Assembly (NCBI GenBank): GCA_036337435.1
Contig: JAYZEG010000069.1
Location: forward strand, 14,893 to 78,892
Direction of reading: 5' to 3'
Length of the DNA: 64,000 nt
Origin: Myxococcota bacterium
Lineage (GTDB): Bacteria > Myxococcota_A > Bradymonadia > UBA7976 > UBA1532
Of the stretch, positions 45,542 through 53,234 are shown piece by piece; positions within the stretch are counted from its first letter, which is position 1; the number at the start of each line of letters is the position of its first letter. The notes under the pieces were generated by a model, which made no database searches, was not told where the DNA came from, and worked only from the letters and a program-made list of their open reading frames with translations. The position numbers and the translations under genes were made by a program.

Positions 45542-46656
45542 TGGATGGTGCCTCCGTCCCGTAGACCCATCTCTTCCATGGGCTCGGTCACGCCCTCACC
45601 CGGTTCAGCATCCCGTCGACGGGTTAATTCGATGAGTCCATGTGCCTGCTTTGTAATGATTTCAATCTCAACCATGTTGGGTTTCACATTGGCGAATTTC
45701 ACGATATCTGTTTCGTACAAGAAATCGGTAAGTGCACGCTCCCGCTCGGGGCCCAAACGCTCTCGCGCAGCCCAAGTTCTGATCTCTTCACTCGTCATTT
45801 CGAGTCCGTTAATGCCGTAGCGTTTTTTCAGATAGGCCCGGATGATCTCGGAAATGCGCACATAATAATCTTCGAATCGGTCCTGTTCCGGCAATCGGTC
45901 TGCCTGAAGTATATCAAGTGATTCGTAGGCAATGATATGTGCGGGTCTGGGGTCAACCCATGGTGCAGGCTCGGCCTGTCGCGCCTTCAGCCAGCGATTG
46001 AGCCAAATACCCAGTAGGGTAAAAGCCCCCCCCCCGAAGAGCACCATTAGTGTAATCAAGAGTGGCCAGTTAGTGACCCGATAAGGCGTTGGTCCATGTG
46101 CATCGAAGAAACGCTCTTTTGCTTTGGTCGCATCTGCAGTATCGACATCTTGGCCTGGCCTATCATAGGTTCTCGGTTTTGGGTCCGTCACCCCGGTCAT
46201 TAAGGACTGAACTGGGATTCTCAGACCAGGGACGGGGTGCTCGCCAACTCCACCATCGGCCTCTGTCCAGACGACGACCAGTTGTTGAATGTGAACCTTT
46301 TTCATGGACTTGGGAATGACCTGAAAACGTCGAACGGATTTCAGCTGCCCATCACCATGGGCTTGCGCTGGTGAGGCCGCGAGTGGAGTAACGTCCGCAG
46401 GGCTCGTCACCGTGAGCGTGACATCATCTCGATGGATGATGGTCATTTCGCAAACCACCGGTTGCCCGATGAGAACAGGATTTGGAAGGCACACCATCTT
46501 GACGGCCGGAGGGGGCCCCTTCGCCACCTTTTTTACCTCCGCCGGCACCTGAGCATCGCTTTGGTCTTGACCGACGCCCGGTAGGCCGCCGTCGGCTGCA
46601 AACCCCATTGAGCTCTGAGCCAACATGACGAGGGTAAGAAACACAGCCTGCCTCAT
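45538..46656 (-). CDS. Bat-operon membrane protein with a DUF4381-like C-terminal half
   Basis: 372-aa ORF with a signal peptide, a periplasmic beta-rich domain and a TM segment (WPLLITLMVLFGGGAFTLLGIWL). The cytoplasmic part reads AHIIAYESLDILQ...FEDYYVRISEIIRAYL...LYETDIVKFA. ATGA-type overlaps on both sides. Confidence 0.65.
   Translation of the reverse strand: MRQAVFLTLVMLAQSSMGFAADGGLPGVGQDQSDAQVPAEVKKVAKGPPPAVKMVCLPNPVLIGQPVVCEMTIIHRDDVTLTVTSPADVTPLAASPAQAHGDGQLKSVRRFQVIPKSMKKVHIQQLVVVWTEADGGVGEHPVPGLRIPVQSLMTGVTDPKPRTYDRPGQDVDTADATKAKERFFDAHGPTPYRVTNWPLLITLMVLFGGGAFTLLGIWLNRWLKARQAEPAPWVDPRPAHIIAYESLDILQADRLPEQDRFEDYYVRISEIIRAYLKKRYGINGLEMTSEEIRTWAARERLGPERERALTDFLYETDIVKFANVKPNMVEIEIITKQAHGLIELTRRRDAEPGEGVTEPMEEMGLRDGGTIQ
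46026..46035 (-). repeat. C10 (coding-strand G10) homopolymer inside the DUF4381-like gene
   Basis: aaaag-cccccccccc-gaag on the plus strand. It encodes F-GGG-A (ttc ggg ggg ggg gct) within the TM helix. Confidence 0.95.
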
Positions 46657-47537
46657 GCTCTCCTCGCTCTGATTCTGAAGTAGTTCACGAGCGGTGCCGC
46701 GTAGTCTTTGGCATCGGTTCTGACTTCGATTGGACTTAGTCCATAGCGATGGAATGTCTGATCCCGCTCAGCATTCGCCTTCGATTGTTTGCTTGCGAAG
46801 GCCTCTCTGACGCTGGAGCTGGCTGTATCAATGACGTGTCTTGTACCCGTTTCAGGATCCTCAAAAATGACCAATCCAAGCTGACTTATCACATCTTCCG
46901 CAGGGTCAACGATACTCAGCGGAATGAGGTCGTGGCGCCGTGCAGTAATATGAAGCGCACGGTCGTATCCCTCGTCAAGAAAGTCAGAGATCAGAAAAAT
47001 GACGGCTTTTCTCTTGTTCACCCGCCCGACGAATTCCAAGGCGTGATTGAGGTCGGTTCCGGCTCCCGACGGATCAAAACGAAGGATCTCATCGATGATC
47101 CGAAGGACATGTTTTCGGCCTTTTTTTGGGGGCACATAACATTCGACCTCATCCGTGAATGCGATCAGCCCCACTCGGTCGCCATTGCTGATGGCAGAAA
47201 AAGCCATCATTGCCGCCAACCGCGCGGCGACGACTCGTTTTTCGTCCCGTACGGTGCCAAATGCCATAGAACCACTCATGTCCACCATGATCATGACGGT
47301 CAACTCTCGTTCTTCCACGTACGTTTTCACGTACGGGTCACCTGTACGGGCTGTGACGTTCCAATCGATGGTACGTGGATCGTCTCCGGGCTGGTATTCG
47401 CGCACTTCGTCGAATGACATACCTCTCCCCTTGAAGACGGAGTGGTAATGACCCGCCATTTGCTGGTTGACCAAGCGCCGAGTGATAATCTCGATGCGCC
47501 TAATCTCAGCAAGCAGTTCTCGTGATAATTGGCCCAT
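46653..47537 (-). CDS. DUF58 family protein (MoxR-associated)
   Basis: 294-aa ORF with the motif REYQPGDDPRTIDWNVTARTGDPYVKTYVEERE and a VWA-like fold remnant (MIMVDMSGSM). Confidence 0.85.
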   Translation of the reverse strand: MGQLSRELLAEIRRIEIITRRLVNQQMAGHYHSVFKGRGMSFDEVREYQPGDDPRTIDWNVTARTGDPYVKTYVEERELTVMIMVDMSGSMAFGTVRDEKRVVAARLAAMMAFSAISNGDRVGLIAFTDEVECYVPPKKGRKHVLRIIDEILRFDPSGAGTDLNHALEFVGRVNKRKAVIFLISDFLDEGYDRALHITARRHDLIPLSIVDPAEDVISQLGLVIFEDPETGTRHVIDTASSSVREAFASKQSKANAERDQTFHRYGLSPIEVRTDAKDYAAPLVNYFRIRARRA

Positions 47538-47541
47538 CAGA

Positions 47542-48537
47542 TTAAGGAATTTCGACTACGTCCAAGACCTTTTCGATCAGGTCATCACTCGACAACTCTT
47601 CTGCTTCAGCCTCGTAAGTCGGGATCAGCCGATGCCTGAGAATATCCGGGGCGATCGCTTTGATATCTTCTGGTAAAACCGCTCCGCGGCCCCTAATGAA
47701 GGCATGCGCTTTTGCGGCTCTTGACAGCCAAATGCTTGCCCGAGGGCTGGCACCGACTTCGATAAACCGTGAAAAATCCGCGCCCAGCTCGGGTACGTTG
47801 GCTGGCTCTCGCGTCGCGAAAACAATGTCTAGAATATATTCTTTGGTGCGGTCATCGATGTAAATATCTCCGATGATCTTGCGCGCATTGGCAATCGTTT
47901 CTGGCGTGATGATGGGGCGGATATCCAATGGGGCTGGGTCGAGCTGCCGATTGATAATCTCTCGTTCTTCGTCCTTGGTTGGATAGTCCACCTTGACGAG
48001 CATCATGAAGCGATCTACCTGCGCCTCTGGCAGTGGATACGTGCCTTCTTGGTCGATGGGATTCTGCGTCGCCATGACGATGAAGGGCTGTTGGAGCGGA
48101 TACGTGGTATCACCGATGGTAACTTGGCGCTCTTGCATGGCTTCCAGCAGTGCACTCTGAACCTTCGCAGGTGCTCTATTAATTTCATCGGCCAGGATAA
48201 TATTGGCGAAGATAGGCCCCTTCTTTGGGGTGAATTCACCACTCTGGGGGTTATAAATGAGCGTCCCGATCAGATCAGCGGGCAGTAGGTCAGGCGTAAA
48301 CTGAATCCGCTGAAAACTGGCATCAAGTGTGCGCGCGAGCGTGTTGACGGTCAACGTTTTGGCCAGTCCTGGAACACCCTCTAACAACACATGGCCGCCC
48401 GTCAAAAGACCGAGCAAGACGCGCTCGACCATTTGTCGCTGACCAACAATGACTTTCTCCACTTCGTGCAGCACATCGCGCACAAAGGCACTCTCAGTAC
48501 GAACTAACTCTTGTACACCTCGGAAATCCGTTGCCAC
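47542..48537 (-). CDS. MoxR-family AAA+ ATPase
   Basis: 331-aa ORF with Walker A (LLEGVPGLAKT), Walker B (ILADEINRA) and ATQNPIDQEGTYPLPEAQVDRF. Confidence 0.93.
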   Translation of the reverse strand: MATDFRGVQELVRTESAFVRDVLHEVEKVIVGQRQMVERVLLGLLTGGHVLLEGVPGLAKTLTVNTLARTLDASFQRIQFTPDLLPADLIGTLIYNPQSGEFTPKKGPIFANIILADEINRAPAKVQSALLEAMQERQVTIGDTTYPLQQPFIVMATQNPIDQEGTYPLPEAQVDRFMMLVKVDYPTKDEEREIINRQLDPAPLDIRPIITPETIANARKIIGDIYIDDRTKEYILDIVFATREPANVPELGADFSRFIEVGASPRASIWLSRAAKAHAFIRGRGAVLPEDIKAIAPDILRHRLIPTYEAEAEELSSDDLIEKVLDVVEIP

Positions 48538-48729
48538 GAACCGCCTCCTTCATGATCATTTCAACGAAGCAAAATATGCAGAATAAAACGGATGTCAACG
48601 ATCCCGTTGCTCTATCTATTCCCCGACCTTAAATTTTCTTCCATTTTAGTCACCCGATGAATGGGGTTTGACAAATGAGACCATATAGACCAGGATGCCG
48701 CGGCTCACAGTTCATTGAAGGACGCTTTC

Positions 48730-48930
48730 ATGAAAATTACAGATGACTTGCTCATGGACACCCGACTGGTCAAGCGTAACATTGAAAATGGTTTGGTGAC
48801 TCAGGATGCTTATGAAAAGCATCTCGCTGACTTGAAGGATCTCAAAGATGTCGCTGAAGTCATCGACGTTGAAATGTCAGACGTTGGTGTCGCCCACGCT
48901 GAAGCGAAGGACACTGGCGAGAACGATTGA
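48730..48930 (+). CDS. Small acidic hypothetical protein
   Basis: 66-aa ORF from the ATG at 48730, preceded by GAAGGA at 7-nt spacing. No family was recognised. Confidence 0.4.
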   Translation: MKITDDLLMDTRLVKRNIENGLVTQDAYEKHLADLKDLKDVAEVIDVEMSDVGVAHAEAKDTGEND

Positions 48931-49031
48931 TCTTCAGCATCACGCGACGTTGAAACGATAGATCTTTGTTTCTCAGCGCGCTCAGGGGTATGATCGCCCC
49001 CAAGCAAATTACGTTGTGTGAGACGGTGAAG

Positions 49032-49373
49032 ATGGCAGACGACAGAGATTCTCAGCGGGTGTTTTCGACCGATCCGGACGGTCAAACGCGTATAACCGAC
49101 CGACCCAGTGTAGACCAAGAGGTGTCTCGCCCACTCCAAGACATGGACTTCTCGACGCATATCCTATCGTTGAATGCGATGGCTCTTCTTCATCTCGGTG
49201 ACGTGGACGGCATCGCTCAAGAAGAGCGAGATATCGAAGCCGCTGCCCACATCATCGACACGCTCGCGATGTTGAAGGCAAAGACGATCAACAATTTGAA
49301 TGCGAGTGAAGAGAAACTCCTCGACACGCTTCTCTACGAATTGAAGGTCAAGTACCTCCAAGTACGCGGGTAA
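49032..49373 (+). CDS. DUF1844-like protein
   Basis: The start at ATG 49032 is preferred over 48966. The pattern DFSTHILSLNAMALLHLG...IEAAAHIIDTLAMLKAKTINNLNASEEKLLDTLLYELKVKYLQ matches my memory of DUF1844. Confidence 0.6.
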   Translation: MADDRDSQRVFSTDPDGQTRITDRPSVDQEVSRPLQDMDFSTHILSLNAMALLHLGDVDGIAQEERDIEAAAHIIDTLAMLKAKTINNLNASEEKLLDTLLYELKVKYLQVRG

Positions 49374-49379
49374 GCTGCT

Positions 49380-50420
49380 TTGTTGCACCAATGCATGACC
49401 GTAGCCGCCTTGGCTTGCCTCGTAAGTGCATGTTCGCCTCCCCCAAAATCGCCGGAGGCCAACCAGCCGAAAACTCGCTCTCAGGTCAAGCTGGCATCAA
49501 ATAACGGCGCGACATCATGCCATCCCGACTTTGTTTCTGTATTCGCTCAAATCAGTCCATCAACCGTAGGAATCGCTGCAGGTCGACGGGACGAGGGCCG
49601 CTTTCAAGCAAAACGCCGTGGCACAGCTTTCGTTTGGGATATCAATGGACACCTCGTGACCAATGCACATCTTGTGGCCGAATCCGAAATGGTCCGGGTT
49701 CGTCGACGAGATGGGAAAGTGTTCGTTGCTCGGATTATCGGTTTGGATGTCCCCACGGATTTAGCCGTTTTGAAAGTGGATGACCTTCAGCTCCATCCAG
49801 TCCCACGGATCGTCGCGCCCGACATCAAGCCCGGTGAGTGGGTTGCTGCTATCGGCCACCCGTTTGGAATGGAATATTCCATTGCGGTCGGTGTGATCAG
49901 TGCCGTTGGTCGGTTTGATGTGCCCGGTCTGACTCAGCATCGGGCCGAGTTTATACAATCTGATGTCGCCATCTTCCAGGGAAATTCAGGAGGGCCCTTG
50001 GTGAATACGCGGGGCGAGGTCATCGGACTGAATACAGCGAAGAAGGGTGAGGGTTTATCTTTTTCTACTCACATTTCCGCCGTTGAACTTGTGGTCAGTC
50101 GAATTATTAAACACGGTCATTTTGAGAGGGGCTTTGCCGGTTTATATCCTCAGGCCGTGTCCTATCAGGCTGCAGAAAATGCAGATTTAAGTGAGCCTCA
50201 TGGTGCGCGGATCAGAGCATTGGTTGGTGATGGTCCTGCGGACAAGGCCGGTCTGCAACCTGGAGATATCATCCTGGCGATCAATGGTCGTCGAATCGTT
50301 CATCATAAAGCAGTCGCGTGGCAGATTGCAGCCACGCCGCCTGGGCGGGTCGTCAAGCTGTTAGTGGCCCGGGAAGATGAACGACTCAATATTGCAATGA
50401 CCTTGGGCCGATTACCTTGA
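49380..50420 (+). CDS. HtrA/DegP-family serine protease with one PDZ domain (lipoprotein signal)
   Basis: 346-aa ORF with lipobox LVSAC, a catalytic triad context (VTNAHLV, DLAVLKV, GNSGGPLVN) and a PDZ domain (GPADKAGLQPGDIILAINGRRI). Confidence 0.9.
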   Translation: MLHQCMTVAALACLVSACSPPPKSPEANQPKTRSQVKLASNNGATSCHPDFVSVFAQISPSTVGIAAGRRDEGRFQAKRRGTAFVWDINGHLVTNAHLVAESEMVRVRRRDGKVFVARIIGLDVPTDLAVLKVDDLQLHPVPRIVAPDIKPGEWVAAIGHPFGMEYSIAVGVISAVGRFDVPGLTQHRAEFIQSDVAIFQGNSGGPLVNTRGEVIGLNTAKKGEGLSFSTHISAVELVVSRIIKHGHFERGFAGLYPQAVSYQAAENADLSEPHGARIRALVGDGPADKAGLQPGDIILAINGRRIVHHKAVAWQIAATPPGRVVKLLVAREDERLNIAMTLGRLP

Positions 50421-50464
50421 GCATCCATGTCTTCGAGCACCTTAAGCATCCATGTCCTCGAGCA
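50415..50464. repeat. 25-bp tandem direct repeat (2 copies, 23/25 identical) spanning two convergent stop codons
   Basis: The copies are ccttGagcatccatgtcTtcgagca (50415-50439) and ccttAagcatccatgtcCtcgagca (50440-50464). Copy 1 holds the HtrA TGA; copy 2 holds the minus-strand TAA. Confidence 0.9.
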
Positions 50465-50981
50465 AGAGTTGGGCTAATTTTTCCCGCAGCACGGGTGAAT
50501 CAGGTCGCTGGTTGAGTAAACGCCTGCAGCGCTCGATGGCTGCCTGGTTTCGCCTGAGTGCCGTATCGACATTGATCAAGCTGAGCTCGATGCTGAAACG
50601 ATCTTTGTACGATGCGCCCTGAAGTGCGCGCTCAAAATGAAGATAGGCCGCCTCGTGGTTCATTTGGCTCATTGCGACGAGTCCAAGCGCATTGTCGAGT
50701 ACGTGTTTGCGTCCCCAGAGCCGCAGTGCCCTTTGTTCGGAAATAAGAGCCCGAGCAGACTCATCTTGATGGCGTTCGAGCAGGTCAACAATCTCTCCTT
50801 GCAGTCGCTGCGTCTTCCCATCCAGATACTTGTTCATGACCTTGAGATAGAGCAGGACGGAGAGGGTGAATGCGCCTAGGAATAAGCTCAGCCCAAACGC
50901 GTTGTTCCGAAGCAGATACGTTCCTAAAAATGAACCGAAGAGAAGAACCCATCTCAGGTCCACCTCGATTTGGGTATTCAT
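50442..50981 (-). CDS. Two-TM membrane protein with a TPR-like cytoplasmic domain
   Basis: The ATG at 50981 forms an ATGA overlap with the upstream FGE-family stop. Two hydrophobic helices are followed by helical-repeat sequence (NHEAAYLHFERALQGASYKD...). Confidence 0.5.
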   Translation of the reverse strand: MNTQIEVDLRWVLLFGSFLGTYLLRNNAFGLSLFLGAFTLSVLLYLKVMNKYLDGKTQRLQGEIVDLLERHQDESARALISEQRALRLWGRKHVLDNALGLVAMSQMNHEAAYLHFERALQGASYKDRFSIELSLINVDTALRRNQAAIERCRRLLNQRPDSPVLREKLAQLLLEDMDA

Positions 50982-51784
50982 TGGGCGTTTCGGCAACACC
51001 GAAATCCGACATACTCTTTGATGAAACTACGGGCGGATACGCCCGGGATTCGCGATTCAACATCACAGGCTTGATCTCTATCACGGTGCCGCTCTGCGAT
51101 TGTTTTCCAGCCGGCACCGTAATAGAACCGTGCGGAGCCATCGGCTTCATCTCGATCGCTAGACCATTCCCATAGATTACCGGTCAGGTCATTCGCACCG
51201 TCACTCGACACGCAGTCTGAAAAGTGGCCCGTCGGTGCGACCGTACTCGAATTCTGCCCTGGATCACGATAGGCGTCTCTGACATTGCATGCGCCTCCTT
51301 CGAATTGGCTTCCGTACGTATAGAGCCGGTCATTAGGCCCTTGGCATGCGCGCATCAGCTCTTCTCGACGACACAAGCGCCAACCGATGGCCTCACAGGC
51401 CGCATTGGCATCTGCCCAACGCACACTGTGCCATGGGATGACATTCGCTTTAGAACAGGCTTCTGTGGGTTGATCGGGTGCCTCGTATTTATCGCCGACC
51501 ACTGTTGCGCAGGGAAAAGCCCACAGGCTTGAAGCCAATGGATGGCTGGCTTCATATTTGAAGATTTCAAATCGTCGACCATTGTCGTCGATGGTCACGG
51601 TTTCCGGTACGTCCCGACAGGTCAATTCACCGTCAACCTCCGCCCGTCTCGTGGTCTCATTACAGTTGTAAGAAGTGGCGGCATCTGCCTCGATTACGAC
51701 ACCTTGGTCAACGGCCAAGTTTGCATCCTCAGCCTCGCCACAGGCGAAAATGGTTAGGGCACAAATTGTTAGAGCAAACCTCAT
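50978..51784 (-). CDS. Formylglycine-generating-enzyme (SUMF1/FGE-sulfatase) family lipoprotein
   Basis: The ORF is open to 51988, but the ATG at 51784 (after GAGG) gives the lipoprotein signal MRFALTICALTIFAC. FGE-fold motifs: IPWHSVRW, GNLWEWSSD, and C-terminal VGFRCCR. Confidence 0.82.
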   Translation of the reverse strand: MRFALTICALTIFACGEAEDANLAVDQGVVIEADAATSYNCNETTRRAEVDGELTCRDVPETVTIDDNGRRFEIFKYEASHPLASSLWAFPCATVVGDKYEAPDQPTEACSKANVIPWHSVRWADANAACEAIGWRLCRREELMRACQGPNDRLYTYGSQFEGGACNVRDAYRDPGQNSSTVAPTGHFSDCVSSDGANDLTGNLWEWSSDRDEADGSARFYYGAGWKTIAERHRDRDQACDVESRIPGVSARSFIKEYVGFRCCRNAQ

Positions 51785-51903
51785 GTATCCTCGCTCGAGT
51801 TGAAACGGACCACAACTGTGGTCAGCATTGGCTTTTGTTGGTATCATAGGAGCCTCACGTCTGTCTTGTCCCTTACCTGATATTTTCATTTTAAGGATCA
51901 TCG

Positions 51904-52689
51904 ATGGTTCGCCGAACCATAGAGAAAACGATTGAAGCGACAGGCCGGTCCCTGCACTCCGGTCGCCCGTGTTCAGTTCGCTTAGCACCTGCAGACTCTG
52001 GAACCGGTCGTCGCTTCAATGGTGCCTCAATCGGACCCGGCATGTTGGCTGACAGTGCATTTGCGACCACATTGCTCACGCCGCGCGGTTCTGTGTCCAC
52101 CGTCGAGCATTTATTTGCCGCACTCCACGGGCTGAGAATAGACGATATTGATATTTCAACGGAGGATGGAGAGCTTCCTATTTTCGATGGCAGTGCGCGA
52201 TGCTGGGTGAACTTATTATCACCGGCCGAACACCCGGGGGCTTCGGCCGAGCCACTCATCGTGGGCGAAAAGCTCAGAGTCGGCGATGATCAATCTTGGA
52301 TCGTTGTTGAACCTGATTGCCACTTATCAATTAATGTGGCCGTTGACTTTCCCGCACTCGGAGGGTTTCGTTTTCATGCGACTGCAGAACAGTGGGGCCA
52401 CGCTATCGATGCGCGAACATTTGGCTTCTTAGCAGATGCAGAGCATTTAAATGCCATGGGATTGGCCCTGGGGGCAACTCTTGATAACACGCTGGTCTTC
52501 GACGAAGACCGAGTCCTCAACACCAATGGTCTTCGTTTTGATGACGAAGTTGCTCGTCACAAGTGGCTTGATTTTTTTGGCGACCTATACACTTTGGGTC
52601 GGCCTGTAATCGGCCGATTTACTGCCTATCGGTCTGGTCACCGATTGCATCATGAACTCGTCAAAGCCTTATCAAAACTTGCTACTTGA
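51904..52689 (+). CDS. lpxC: UDP-3-O-acyl-N-acetylglucosamine deacetylase
   Basis: 261-aa ORF with N-terminal TIEKTIEATGRSLHSGRP, STVEHL (Zn His), ELPIFDGSA, RHKWLDFFGDL (Zn His/Asp) and AYRSGH. It is short, but the catalytic motifs are intact. Confidence 0.85.
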   Translation: MVRRTIEKTIEATGRSLHSGRPCSVRLAPADSGTGRRFNGASIGPGMLADSAFATTLLTPRGSVSTVEHLFAALHGLRIDDIDISTEDGELPIFDGSARCWVNLLSPAEHPGASAEPLIVGEKLRVGDDQSWIVVEPDCHLSINVAVDFPALGGFRFHATAEQWGHAIDARTFGFLADAEHLNAMGLALGATLDNTLVFDEDRVLNTNGLRFDDEVARHKWLDFFGDLYTLGRPVIGRFTAYRSGHRLHHELVKALSKLAT

Positions 52690-52735
52690 GGGTTTTTTAG
52701 CACATGCTTAGCGGGATGGATTTAGGAGTATAGAA

Positions 52736-53155
52736 TTGAGACTTAATGGGTTTTTACCAGTCCTTGGACTGGTGTGCGCGTTGGGCGGGTGTGGTCCGGC
52801 AAAACCAGTGATCAAGCCCGGTCCAGCGATTCCTGGAATCAACTTGTCTGGTCGATGGTTTAGTAAAGACTTTGGTGAAATGACCATTGTTCATTCGGGC
52901 CAAGACATTAAGGGTGATTACACCGATCCGAGGGGCCCGGAACACAATGGTGGCTTCCGAGGTACCTTGATCGGTGATCTAATCAAGTTACAGTGGATCA
53001 AGCCTGGCAAACGCGAAGCCGCTGTGATGTTAAAGCGGGGACGCGCCTATTTGCGGGTCTTGGACCGTGGCCAAAAACTTGTTGGTCGCTGGGGCTATGA
53101 AGACAGCGAAGACGATGGAGGTCCATGGCGGGCAGAAAAGTCGACTTCGGATTGA
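52736..53155 (+). CDS. Small lipoprotein, unknown function
   Basis: 139-aa ORF with a TTG start 7 nt after AGGAG and the lipobox CALGGC. Confidence 0.5.
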   Translation: MRLNGFLPVLGLVCALGGCGPAKPVIKPGPAIPGINLSGRWFSKDFGEMTIVHSGQDIKGDYTDPRGPEHNGGFRGTLIGDLIKLQWIKPGKREAAVMLKRGRAYLRVLDRGQKLVGRWGYEDSEDDGGPWRAEKSTSD

Positions 53156-53234
53156 TTAAGCGCGGTCGCTTTTAGAGAACTAAGAACGATGATGACGGTC
53201 AGTTACTTGGCTGTATTTAAAACCTGGAGTCGGA

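Noticed and set aside
46749-47417. A 222-aa ORF antisense to the DUF58 gene.
   Set aside because: The minus-strand frame has the diagnostic DUF58 motif and fits the translationally coupled operon. The antisense product has no motif and no ribosome-binding context.
50978-51784. The FGE/C-type-lectin-fold protein as a possible diversity-generating retroelement (DGR) target.
   Set aside because: The window contains no reverse transcriptase, no template repeat matching the C-terminal region, and no Asn(AAY)-rich variable region.
51904-52689. lpxC as a possible truncated pseudogene (261 aa versus about 300 aa typical).
   Set aside because: All zinc and catalytic contexts (VEHL, HKWLDFFGD, SGH) are present and the frame is intact. 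The shortening is confined to loop or tail regions, so it is called functional.
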